64,000 bases of DNA from an uncultured bacterium (GTDB lineage Bacteria > Bacillota_I > Bacilli_A > RFN20 > CAG-826): contig CASDXP010000004.1 of NCBI GenBank assembly GCA_949285455.1, forward strand, positions 5,609 through 69,608, in the 5' to 3' direction. The translations under genes were made by a program, and so were the position numbers. A model generated the notes under the pieces. The model did no database searches and was not told the origin of the DNA. It saw only the letters and a program-made list of their open reading frames with translations. Every line of letters starts with the position of its first letter. Position 1 is the stretch's first letter. Positions 48,384-57,705 of the stretch are shown here, piece by piece.

Positions 48384-51002
48384 ATGGCCAAAGAACCCGT
48401 CGACATCAACAAAGTGAACGAGGAAGTCGATCGCCTCGTCCAAAACGGGAAAAAAGCTCTCGATGAATTTTTAAAACTTAATCAAGAGCAGATCGATTAT
48501 ATCGTCGCAAAATGTTCCGTAGCAGGTCTAGACCATCACGGCTCACTTGCTAAACTCGCCATCGATGAAACTAAACGTGGTGTTTTTGAAGATAAAGCGA
48601 CGAAAAACTTATTCGCTTGCGAATATGTCGTTAATAACATGCGTCATTTGAAGACTGTCGGAGTCATCAAAGATGATCCAGTGACTGGTATTACCGAAAT
48701 CGCTGATCCTCTTGGTGTCATCTGTGGCATCGTACCTGTCACTAATCCGACAAGTACTGTCATCTTCAAATCTTTAATTTGTCTAAAGACTCGTAATCCA
48801 ATCATCTTCTCTTTCCATCCAAATGCACAAAATTGTTCGATTGCAGCAGCAAAAATTATGCTAGAAGCAGCAGTGGCGGCGGGCGCACCAAAAAATTGTA
48901 TTCAATGGATTGAACATACTTCGATGGAAGCTACGAACGCTTTAATGAATCATCCAGATGTCGCTACTATTTTAGCGACTGGCGGAAATGCGATGGTTAA
49001 AGCCGCTTATAGTTGCGGTAAACCAGCGATGGGCGTGGGTGCCGGTAACGTTCCTGCTTACATCCATAAATCTGCCAATGTCGAACAAGCAGTTAACGAT
49101 ATCGTTTTATCAAAAGCATTTGATAATGGTATGGTTTGTGCTTCTGAACAAGCAGCAATTTTTGATAAGGAAATTAGCGAACAAGTCATCGGTTTCTTCA
49201 AAAAATTCCACGTCTATATTTGTAATGAAGATGAGAAGAAGAAATTGTCGAGATTTATGTTCGGTTACGCTGTCGGTGATGAAGGAGTGGAAAACGCTAG
49301 ACTTAATGGTGATGTGGCTGGTAAGAGCGTACATTACATTGCTGAACAAGCTGGTTTCAGCGTGCCTAAAGATACTTCCATCATCGCTTGCTGGTGTAAA
49401 GAAGTTGGACCAAAAGAACCATTATCTAGAGAAAAACTTTCTCCAGTTCTTGCTCTATTTGAAGTCAAAGATGAAAAAGATGGCTTTAAATTTGCAAAAG
49501 CGATGGTCGAATTTAATGGCTTAGGTCATAGTGCGGCCATCCACTGTAAAGAAAAAGCTATGGCAGATGCTTTTGGTGAAGAAGTAAAAGCGATGCGTAT
49601 TATTTGGAATTCTCCTTCGACTTTTGGCGGTATTGGTAATGTTTACAATTCATTCCTTCCATCATTGACGCTCGGCTGCGGTAGTTATGGCCATAACTCC
49701 ATCGGCGGGAACGTCAGCGCAGTCAATTTATTAAATATTAAGAAAGTCGGCAAAAGGAGAAATACTATGCAATGGTTTAAAGTCCCATCAAAAATTTATT
49801 TTGAAAGAAATTCTATTCAATATTTATCTAGTTGCCGCGATGTTAATAAAGTGTTCATCGTCGCTGATAAATCGATGATGGAATTTGGTTTTGTCAATAA
49901 AATTATCGATCAATTACGTCTAAGACGTAACGAAGTAACAGTGCAACTATTTTTAGACGTCGAACCTGATCCAGATATTGAAACGGTGAAAAAAGGTGTC
50001 GAACTCATGCGCAGTTTCGGCCCAGATACAATTATTGCTTTAGGTGGTGGTTCACCAATGGATGCCGCAAAAGGAATGTGGTTATTCTACGAACATCCCG
50101 AAGTTAATTTCGATGATCTAAAACAAAAATTTATGGATATTCGTAAACGTGCTTTCAAATATCCTGAACTTGGTAAGAAAACTAAACTTATTTGTATTCC
50201 AACAACTTCCGGTACTGGTAGTGAAGTGACACCATTTGCTGTCATTTCCGATAAGAAGAATAATAAGAAATATCCTCTTACTGATTATTCTCTTACTCCG
50301 ACAGTGGCAATTGTCGACCCTGAATTTACGACGAATCTTCCACCTCGCCCAACAGCGATGACGGGAATGGACGTCTTAACTCATGCGATGGAAGCTTACG
50401 TTTCTGTTCTCGCTAACGATTACACAGATGGTTTATGCTTACAAGCTATCAAATTAGTGTTCGAATATTTACCACGTGCAGTGAAGAATGGTAAGAGTGA
50501 TTTAGAAGCAAGAGAAAAGATGCACAATGCTGCAACTATTGCTGGTATGGCATTCGCGAATGCTTTCTTAGGTATGGTTCACGCTATGGCGCATAAAGTT
50601 GGAGCGGAATTCCATACAGTACACGGTTACACATGTGCTATCTTACTTCCACATGTCATTCGTTATAACGGAACAGTTCCTTCCAAATTGAGCGTCTGGC
50701 CAAAATATAATACCTATCACGCTGATAAGCGTTATCAACAAATTGCACAACTTCTCGGCTTGAAGGCTTCTACTCCTGAAGAAGGTGTCGCCTCTTTAGC
50801 GGAAGCAGTAACTAAACTTATTCGTGAAATTGGTTTAAGTCCTAACTTCGCCGATCTTGGCATCGATGAAAAAGCATGGAATGAAAAAGTGGAAGAAATT
50901 GCTGTCTTAGCTTATGAAGATCAATGTTCACCCGCTAACCCACGCGTGCCGATGGTCGAAGATATGGTGGCAATTTTAAAGAAAGCTTACAAAGGAAACT
51001 AA
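48384..51002 (+). CDS. adhE: Bifunctional acetaldehyde-CoA/alcohol dehydrogenase AdhE
   Basis: ~870 aa with an ALDH domain (catalytic-Cys region NGMVCASEQ) and an Fe-ADH domain (GGGSPMDAAK, histidine cluster). ATG 48384 follows AAGGAGG; the upstream part of the tracked ORF overlaps rex. Confidence 0.95.
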   Translation: MAKEPVDINKVNEEVDRLVQNGKKALDEFLKLNQEQIDYIVAKCSVAGLDHHGSLAKLAIDETKRGVFEDKATKNLFACEYVVNNMRHLKTVGVIKDDPVTGITEIADPLGVICGIVPVTNPTSTVIFKSLICLKTRNPIIFSFHPNAQNCSIAAAKIMLEAAVAAGAPKNCIQWIEHTSMEATNALMNHPDVATILATGGNAMVKAAYSCGKPAMGVGAGNVPAYIHKSANVEQAVNDIVLSKAFDNGMVCASEQAAIFDKEISEQVIGFFKKFHVYICNEDEKKKLSRFMFGYAVGDEGVENARLNGDVAGKSVHYIAEQAGFSVPKDTSIIACWCKEVGPKEPLSREKLSPVLALFEVKDEKDGFKFAKAMVEFNGLGHSAAIHCKEKAMADAFGEEVKAMRIIWNSPSTFGGIGNVYNSFLPSLTLGCGSYGHNSIGGNVSAVNLLNIKKVGKRRNTMQWFKVPSKIYFERNSIQYLSSCRDVNKVFIVADKSMMEFGFVNKIIDQLRLRRNEVTVQLFLDVEPDPDIETVKKGVELMRSFGPDTIIALGGGSPMDAAKGMWLFYEHPEVNFDDLKQKFMDIRKRAFKYPELGKKTKLICIPTTSGTGSEVTPFAVISDKKNNKKYPLTDYSLTPTVAIVDPEFTTNLPPRPTAMTGMDVLTHAMEAYVSVLANDYTDGLCLQAIKLVFEYLPRAVKNGKSDLEAREKMHNAATIAGMAFANAFLGMVHAMAHKVGAEFHTVHGYTCAILLPHVIRYNGTVPSKLSVWPKYNTYHADKRYQQIAQLLGLKASTPEEGVASLAEAVTKLIREIGLSPNFADLGIDEKAWNEKVEEIAVLAYEDQCSPANPRVPMVEDMVAILKKAYKGN

Positions 51003-51007
51003 TTATT

Positions 51008-51253
51008 ATGACTATTGCGGTTTGTGTTGGTTCTAGTTGCCATTTAAAAGGCAGCTACGATGTCATTGAACTCATGCGCCGCTACATCAAAGACAATCAT
51101 CTTGAAGAGAAGGTGGAATTAAAAGCCACCTTCTGCCTCAAGAATTGTGGTGTAGCAGGTGTTTCAATCAAAGTTGATGACGAAGTCATCACTGGTGTGA
51201 CTAAACAAAATTTTGATGAAGTATTTAACAAATATATTTTGTCACGTTTATAA
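51008..51253 (+). CDS. Thioredoxin-like [2Fe-2S] ferredoxin domain protein (HfsA-like)
   Basis: 81 aa with Cys pattern CVGSSCH...CLKNCG. Confidence 0.7.
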   Translation: MTIAVCVGSSCHLKGSYDVIELMRRYIKDNHLEEKVELKATFCLKNCGVAGVSIKVDDEVITGVTKQNFDEVFNKYILSRL

Positions 51254-51266
51254 GGAGGAATAATCT

Positions 51267-52955
51267 ATGGCTTCTCCCTGCTTAGAATCGAGGACGAAAG
51301 ATTGCCAAAATTGTTATAAATGTATTAGGCATTGTCCAATTAAAGCTATATCTTTTGCTTCTAATAAGGCTAGTATCATTCAAGAAGATTGTATTCTTTG
51401 TGGTAGATGTTACATCGTCTGTCCTCAAGAATTAAAAGTAGTAAGAAATGATGAAGAAAAAGTTTTAAATTTATTAAAAGATTATGATTGCGTCGCTAGT
51501 GTCGCCCCAAGCTTTATCGCTAATTACGGGGTGAATTTTTCTTCTTTAAAGAAAGCTTTATTAGCATTAGGATTTAAAGACGCTGAAGAAACTGCCATCG
51601 GAGCGACAATTACGAAAAGAGCATATGATGAAATGTTAGATTCTAACGCTCCTGATGTATTAATTTCTTCTTGTTGTCATTCGATCAATTTACTCATTCA
51701 AAAGCATTATAAAGAAGCTCTTCCTTATCTAGCGCCGATCGATTCTCCTATGATTGCTCATGCTAAAGATATAAAGAAGAGATTAGGCGCAAATAAAAAA
51801 GTTATTTTTATCGGACCATGTATTGCAAAGAAAGATGAAGGAGATATCTATGCTAATTTTATCGATGGTGCCATCACTTTCCTTGAATTAGATCATCTTT
51901 TAGCGAAGAAAGAAATTAGTTTAGAAAAAGATGAAAATATTGAAGTTAAAGAACATTCTAAGGCTCGTCTTTTCCCAATTAGCAGCGGTGTTTTAGAAAC
52001 GATGGAAAAGAAAAACGATACTTATTCCTATGTCTTCGTCGATGGGGTAGAAGAAGTTAAAAGAGTTCTAGAAGATGTCATCGCTGGCAAAATTCATCAT
52101 TGCTTCATCGAGGTTAACGCTTGTCATGGTGGCTGCGTAAATGGACCTATTATCGATGGTAATTCGCATAACTTAGCAGCTTCTTCCTTACTTGTGAAAC
52201 AAAGTGCTGGAAAACTTGATTTTAACGAACCAATTTTAACTAGTGAAGAAGCTCATCATGACTATAAACCATACAATGTAAGGCATGCGAGACCGAGCGA
52301 AGAAGAAATTCAGGCAACTTTTAAAAAGATGGATAAAGTCGATCCTAAAAATCGTCTTAATTGTGGTTCGTGCGGTTACGATTCTTGCCTTGAAAAAGCT
52401 ATTGCCATCATCCAAGGTAAAGCAGTTGTCGAAATGTGCTTACCTTTCCTTATGGCGAAAGCTCAATCATTCTCAGATAAGATCGTGGCAAATTCACCAA
52501 ATGGGTTAATGGTCTTGGATGAAAATTTTAAAATTCAACTTATCAATCACGCGATGTGCATGATTTTAGGTGTGCACTCACCTCGTGATTTAATTCAAAA
52601 AGATGTGTCTTTGATTTTAGATCCGACACCATTTTCAGAAGCTTTAGGTGGTGAAAGAATTTACGAAAGAAAGATGTATCTTACTGCTTATAATAAATAC
52701 GTTACTCTATCGGTAAATTACGATGAAAAATATCACATTATATTCGTTCTTATGAGAGATATTACTAAGAGCGAGTTAGAACACGCAAAAAGATTGGAAA
52801 TTGTTCAAAAATCCGTGGATATTACCGATGAAGTGATTAAAAAGAATATGCGTGCGGTACAAGAAATCGCTTCGCTTTTAGGTGAAAGTGCGGCTGAAAC
52901 TAAAGTCGCTTTATCGTCTTTAAAAGAGACATTAGAGGAAGATGATGATAACTAA
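51267..52955 (+). CDS. Sensory-type [FeFe]-hydrogenase-like protein with C-terminal PAS domain (HydS/HfsB-like)
   Basis: Two N-terminal 4Fe-4S motifs (CQNCYKCIRHCP, CILCGRCYIVCP). H-cluster motifs are SSCCHS, GPCIAKKDE and EVNACHGGCVNGP. An extra CGSCGYDSC cluster is followed by a PAS-like region. Confidence 0.85.
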   Translation: MASPCLESRTKDCQNCYKCIRHCPIKAISFASNKASIIQEDCILCGRCYIVCPQELKVVRNDEEKVLNLLKDYDCVASVAPSFIANYGVNFSSLKKALLALGFKDAEETAIGATITKRAYDEMLDSNAPDVLISSCCHSINLLIQKHYKEALPYLAPIDSPMIAHAKDIKKRLGANKKVIFIGPCIAKKDEGDIYANFIDGAITFLELDHLLAKKEISLEKDENIEVKEHSKARLFPISSGVLETMEKKNDTYSYVFVDGVEEVKRVLEDVIAGKIHHCFIEVNACHGGCVNGPIIDGNSHNLAASSLLVKQSAGKLDFNEPILTSEEAHHDYKPYNVRHARPSEEEIQATFKKMDKVDPKNRLNCGSCGYDSCLEKAIAIIQGKAVVEMCLPFLMAKAQSFSDKIVANSPNGLMVLDENFKIQLINHAMCMILGVHSPRDLIQKDVSLILDPTPFSEALGGERIYERKMYLTAYNKYVTLSVNYDEKYHIIFVLMRDITKSELEHAKRLEIVQKSVDITDEVIKKNMRAVQEIASLLGESAAETKVALSSLKETLEEDDDN

Positions 52956-54123
52956 TCGTTACGTCGTAGAAATCGCTAGTTTATCAAGAAATCACGTCGG
53001 TGAAGAACTTTGCGGTGACAATGTACAAATTCTTTCGCCTGATGAAAAAACTTCCATTCTCGTCTTAGCTGATGGTTTAGGAAGTGGCGTTAAGGCTAAT
53101 ATTTTATCGACCCTTACAAGCGAGATGCTTGCGACGATGATGTCGAATAATGTACCTATTGAAGAATGCGTACAAACTATCGCTATGACTTTGCCAGTTT
53201 GTAAGGTAAGAGGAGTGGCCTATTCGACTTTTTCTATCGTCAAAGTTAGCGATTTTAAAAACGTTGAAATTTATAATTATGATAATCCCACTCCCATCAT
53301 TTTAAGAGATGGTAAAATTTTTCCTATTTGGTGGGAAACATCGCTCATCGAAGGAAAGAAAATTGAAAAGGCTAAATTTGAATTTAGACCTTATGACACA
53401 ATTGTCTTAATGAGCGATGGGGTGATGCATGCTGGCATTGGTGAAACATTAAATTTTGGCTGGGGGATGGACGAAGTTAAATCATTCGTTTCGACACTTT
53501 ATGATAAGTCTTATTCTTCTAAAGCTTTAGCGACGATGCTAGTAGATCATTGTGATGAACTTTACGCAAGAAAACCAGGCGATGATACGACCGCGGCAGT
53601 TTTAAGACTTAGGGAAAGAAAACAAGTTTCTTTGTTGATCGGACCTGCTTCAAATAGAGAAGATGATAATATGATGTTATCGCTATTCTTTGCAAAAGAT
53701 GGCGTCCATATCGTCAGCGGCGGTACGACTTCGAGCATTGTTTCTCGTTATTTAAATAAGCCTTTAGATTACGCCTTAGATTATTTGGATAAAGATATTC
53801 CACCTATCGCTAAGATTGAAGGCGTCGATTTAGTGACCGAAGGTGTCGTCACTATCAATAGAGTTTTAGAATACGCGAAAGATGTCTTAGACAAAAATGA
53901 AAAATATTTTTATTGGTCATTCCATGAAGATGGAGCCTCACGCATCGCTAGATATTTATTCGAAGATGCGACTGATATTGATTTTTATGTGGGATGCGCT
54001 ATCAACCCGGCACATCAAAGTGAAGATATGCACATCAATATTAAAATTAAAATGCGTTTAATCGAAGAATTAGCGAAATGTTTAGAAAAAATGGGAAAGA
54101 AAATTAAAGTTAGTTACTTTTAA
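52942..54123 (+). CDS. PP2C/SpoIIE-family serine phosphatase (HfsC-like)
   Basis: CGDNV..., LADGLGSGVKANILS, LMSDGVMHAG and GDDTTAAVL. Confidence 0.85.
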   Translation: MMITNRYVVEIASLSRNHVGEELCGDNVQILSPDEKTSILVLADGLGSGVKANILSTLTSEMLATMMSNNVPIEECVQTIAMTLPVCKVRGVAYSTFSIVKVSDFKNVEIYNYDNPTPIILRDGKIFPIWWETSLIEGKKIEKAKFEFRPYDTIVLMSDGVMHAGIGETLNFGWGMDEVKSFVSTLYDKSYSSKALATMLVDHCDELYARKPGDDTTAAVLRLRERKQVSLLIGPASNREDDNMMLSLFFAKDGVHIVSGGTTSSIVSRYLNKPLDYALDYLDKDIPPIAKIEGVDLVTEGVVTINRVLEYAKDVLDKNEKYFYWSFHEDGASRIARYLFEDATDIDFYVGCAINPAHQSEDMHINIKIKMRLIEELAKCLEKMGKKIKVSYF

Positions 54124-54150
54124 GATAAAATATAAAGAGAGGTGTAAGAT

Positions 54151-55584
54151 ATGGAACCTAAATTTGATACGAATGTACAAGAACTAAAATATAAAGTTTT
54201 AAAAGAAGTAGCCAAATCTTATTGGGATGGAACTTTAACTGAAGATTATAACGAAATTCCTAAGAAAATTATTCCAGGACCCAAACCTTCGATGCGTTGC
54301 TGCATCTATAAAGAAAGAGCTATCGTCTTAGAACGTATGAAGTTGGCTCTCGGTGGCAATAAGAATATTGATAATGTCGTCGAAGTCATTAATATTGCCT
54401 GTGATGAATGCCCTCTAGGTGGTTATGAAGTCACGAATAGATGTAGAGGATGCATCGCCCATAGATGCGAAAAAGCTTGTCGTTTACATGCGATTAGTTT
54501 CGATGAAAAAACTAGACAAGCTAAGATCGACAAAACAAAATGTGTCAATTGCGGAATGTGTGCGAAAGCTTGCCAATATGATGCAATCGCAAATTTTTTA
54601 AGACCTTGTGAACAATCTTGTAAAGTTAAAGCTATTTCTATGGGAGAAGATTATGCCGCTAAGATTGACGATAGTAAATGTGTCCAATGTGGGGCTTGCG
54701 TCTATCAATGCCCTTTTGGAGCTATCATGGATAAAAGTTACATCACTAAAGCTATCAATATTTTAAAAGGTTCTGATAATTTGACAAAATATCCTGTCTT
54801 CGCTATCGTGGCGCCTTCTATTTCTTCGCAATTTAAATATGCGACCTTAGGTCAAGCTATTACCGCGATTAAAAAGCTCGGTTTCCAAGATGTCATCGAA
54901 GCGGCGTTAGGAGCGGATATGGTAGCGTATCACGAAGCGAAAGAACTTGTGGATAAAGGCTTTGTTTGTACATCTTGTTGCCCAACTTTTGTTGCCTATG
55001 TCCAAAAATATTTCCCTAAATACGCTGATAAAATTTCCCATCAGCTTTCTCCGATGGCAACGATCGCTAAATGGGTGAAAGAAGAACATCCTGATGCCAA
55101 AGTCATGTTCATCGGACCTTGCGTTTCTAAAAAGAAAGAAACGATTGATAAAGTTAGTGATTACGTCGATGTCACATTAACTTTTGAAGAATTACAAGCT
55201 TTAATTGATTCACGTGATATCGATATGACTACTTTAGAAGAAAGCCCATTAGATAATGCTTCTTATTTTGGAAGAATTTTTGCAAGAGCAGGCGGAGTAA
55301 AAGATGCAATTATTGAAGCGCTTAAAGAACAAAATGCCAATTTTGAATTGAAACCTATCAATTTCGATGGGCTAGAAAATGTCAAAAATGGTTTAAATCA
55401 AATTAGCCGTGGCCAATTAGATGTCAACTTTGTTGAAGGTATGGGCTGCGTCGGTGGGTGCATCGGTGGACCGTGTTGCTTAACGCATGAAATGCGCGAT
55501 AAGAATGACGTCGATAAATATGGTAAGCTTGCAAAAGAAAAGACAATTGAGCAAGCAATTGAAATCTTTTCACCGATAAAATAG
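54151..55584 (+). CDS. [FeFe] hydrogenase catalytic subunit (monomeric type with ferredoxin-like clusters)
   Basis: Several 4Fe-4S CxxCxxCxxxC motifs, and canonical H-cluster motifs TSCCPTF, GPCVSKKKE and EGMGCVGGCIGGP. Confidence 0.9.
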   Translation: MEPKFDTNVQELKYKVLKEVAKSYWDGTLTEDYNEIPKKIIPGPKPSMRCCIYKERAIVLERMKLALGGNKNIDNVVEVINIACDECPLGGYEVTNRCRGCIAHRCEKACRLHAISFDEKTRQAKIDKTKCVNCGMCAKACQYDAIANFLRPCEQSCKVKAISMGEDYAAKIDDSKCVQCGACVYQCPFGAIMDKSYITKAINILKGSDNLTKYPVFAIVAPSISSQFKYATLGQAITAIKKLGFQDVIEAALGADMVAYHEAKELVDKGFVCTSCCPTFVAYVQKYFPKYADKISHQLSPMATIAKWVKEEHPDAKVMFIGPCVSKKKETIDKVSDYVDVTLTFEELQALIDSRDIDMTTLEESPLDNASYFGRIFARAGGVKDAIIEALKEQNANFELKPINFDGLENVKNGLNQISRGQLDVNFVEGMGCVGGCIGGPCCLTHEMRDKNDVDKYGKLAKEKTIEQAIEIFSPIK

Positions 55585-55635
55585 TTTATAATTAAAAATA
55601 TGTAAAAAATAGATTTGAAAAAGGAGATTAAAATT

Positions 55636-55797
55636 ATGAAAATCTACGTTTGTTTACTTTGCGGATACGAATATGATGAAGCGAAAGGCGATCCTGATGG
55701 TGGTATCGCTCCTGGTACAAAATTTGAAGATATTCCCGAAGATTGGGTTTGCCCAATGTGTGGTGCCTCTAAAGAAAATTTTGTCTTGAAAGAATAA
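55636..55797 (+). CDS. Rubredoxin
   Basis: 53 aa with [10 protein letters not shown]...[11 protein letters not shown] 55636 follows AAGGAG; the tracked TTG 55615 start is less likely. Confidence 0.92.
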   Translation: MKIYVCLLCGYEYDEAKGDPDGGIAPGTKFEDIPEDWVCPMCGASKENFVLKE

Positions 55798-55860
55798 AAA
55801 ATTAGTTTTAAAAAAACTAAGAATAAGAATATTTCAATATTTTAATTTTTTTCCAACAAA

Positions 55861-56427
55861 ATGGCTGATTCAGTTGTTAATAAAGTGAGAGATGAAGAAA
55901 CTAGCCTCGTCTTAGAACAAGCATTTCTCTCCCTCAAGTCCGGTGATATGCGTGGTTTCGACACGATTTATAATCTGACGAAAAAACGCATCTACGTCAC
56001 AATTTACGTCATCTTCCGTGACCAAATGATTGCTGAGGACTTGATGCAAGAGACTTACGTTGCTCTTCTCGAAAAGATCGATAAGATTCATCACTCGGTG
56101 AAAATCTTACCGTTTCTGACCGAGATGGCTAAAAATCTTTCCTTTAATTATCTAAAGAAGATGAAAAGGGAAGAAGAATTCCATAAGACTTTGGAAGATT
56201 CTAGCTATCATCTCGACTTGCCAGCGGATGGAGGAATATTACTTCAACAAATCGAAGAAATCTTGAATGATAGGGAATATATGGTCTTCACTTTAAAAGT
56301 CCTAGGCGATTATTCCTTCAAAGAAATTTCGAAGATGAAAAATATTCCCGTTGGGACGCTTACCTGGCTTTATCAAGAAGCGAGGAAGAAACTAGAAAAG
56401 AAGTTAGGAGGTCAATATGTTGGATGA
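55861..56427 (+). CDS. ECF-type RNA polymerase sigma factor
   Basis: 188 aa. Region 2 is AEDLMQETYVALLEKIDK and the region 4 HTH is SFKEISKMKNIPVGTLTWLYQEARKKLEK. Confidence 0.85.
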   Translation: MADSVVNKVRDEETSLVLEQAFLSLKSGDMRGFDTIYNLTKKRIYVTIYVIFRDQMIAEDLMQETYVALLEKIDKIHHSVKILPFLTEMAKNLSFNYLKKMKREEEFHKTLEDSSYHLDLPADGGILLQQIEEILNDREYMVFTLKVLGDYSFKEISKMKNIPVGTLTWLYQEARKKLEKKLGGQYVG

Positions 56428-57502
56428 AAAGAAATTGAGAGAAGATATTCTTCAACAAATTGATGAAAATGCGTTGACGAACGTACAATCATCAAAAATT
56501 TTAGCTTCTTATCTAGAAAAGAAAGAAGCGAAGAGCAAGAAACATTCTAAATTGCTTAAAGGTTTGATACCTTCTTTATCCTTTGCTCTCGTCTTAGCGA
56601 TCGTTATTCCTGTCGGAATTAAATTTGGTATGAACGGAGAAGATCCAAACATTCCTCCTATTCCTCCTAGTCCAGTGACACTCGCGGGCTCAAATGAAAT
56701 TGCATTTGGCGTTTTAAGTGCAGCGAATTTAAGCACGCATATCGATAATTCTTCCCCCTTAGGGTTACGTAAGTCTTTAAGAGTCATCGATGTCGATACG
56801 TTAGATGAAAAAGTTCAGATGATCAATCCTTACATGTACACTGCAGAAGAGATGCTCGATGCGAACATGCGTTTAGATGATAAATACGATATTTATTATA
56901 ATGAAGATGTCGGCTATGAATCTTATCAATATAAGATGATTTACGACGATAAGTCGACTATTTTCTATTTCAATGAATCAAAACTTCCTGATGATAATGA
57001 TTGGGACGAAGATGAAATTGAAGAAGAATTTAGATTAGATGGTCTCATGTTACTTCAAGATAATTCTACTTACGAAGTCATAGGAAGCCGCGAATTAGAG
57101 CAAGAAAGCGATGAGCAAGAATATACTTTAAATTTAAAAATCTACTTCGATGAAAATCGTATGAACTACTTAGAAGTGAAAAAAGAAGTGGAGCAAGAAA
57201 GTAACGAATACGAAGAATCTTATAAATATACGCGTTATGAAAATAGACGTGAAGTGAGTGAAATCGAGTTAAGCTTCGAAGAAGAAGATGGTGATTACGT
57301 CGAAATTGAAACGTTCGATCGCAATTCTTCACAAGTAGATGGTGATTTCATCGTCAGAAAAATTAGTCATAGCGAATTAAAAATTGATTATGCATTGAGC
57401 GATGAACATTCCTCGATGCAAGTGCTTATCGAAAATGAAGGTGCAAGTTATCATTATCTCGATTCTAGCGTTGGTTACGATAAGACTTACGCACGTAAAT
57501 AA
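56417..57502 (+). CDS. Putative anti-sigma factor: single-pass membrane protein with acidic extracytoplasmic domain
   Basis: It overlaps the sigma gene by 11 nt. It has a short cytoplasmic N-terminus and one TM helix (LIPSLSFALVLAIVIPVGI). The external domain is paralogous to the 57706 lipoprotein. Confidence 0.6.
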   Translation: MLDEKKLREDILQQIDENALTNVQSSKILASYLEKKEAKSKKHSKLLKGLIPSLSFALVLAIVIPVGIKFGMNGEDPNIPPIPPSPVTLAGSNEIAFGVLSAANLSTHIDNSSPLGLRKSLRVIDVDTLDEKVQMINPYMYTAEEMLDANMRLDDKYDIYYNEDVGYESYQYKMIYDDKSTIFYFNESKLPDDNDWDEDEIEEEFRLDGLMLLQDNSTYEVIGSRELEQESDEQEYTLNLKIYFDENRMNYLEVKKEVEQESNEYEESYKYTRYENRREVSEIELSFEEEDGDYVEIETFDRNSSQVDGDFIVRKISHSELKIDYALSDEHSSMQVLIENEGASYHYLDSSVGYDKTYARK

Positions 57503-57528
57503 TTATTAAAATAAAATAAAATTAACAA

Positions 57529-57552
57529 GGTCACCTGCGGGTGATCTTTTTT
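57529..57552 (+). terminator. Intrinsic terminator
   Basis: GGTCACC-tgcg-GGTGATC followed by TTTTTT. Confidence 0.8.
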
Positions 57553-57705
57553 ATTATAAGAATTAATATTAAAAAATATTTAAAAAAATATAAAAAAAGT
57601 TATTTACTATGTAAATAAAATAAAAATATTTCACAAAATATAAAATTTTTCCAATAAATCATCTAAGTTCGATTGTTATATAGGTGAAAGGCAGGAAACT
57701 GAATT

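Noticed and set aside
48988-49524. 178-aa alternative-frame ORF, plus a 79-aa antisense ORF within adhE
   Set aside because: They are embedded in the conserved ALDH domain of AdhE and show no independent signals.
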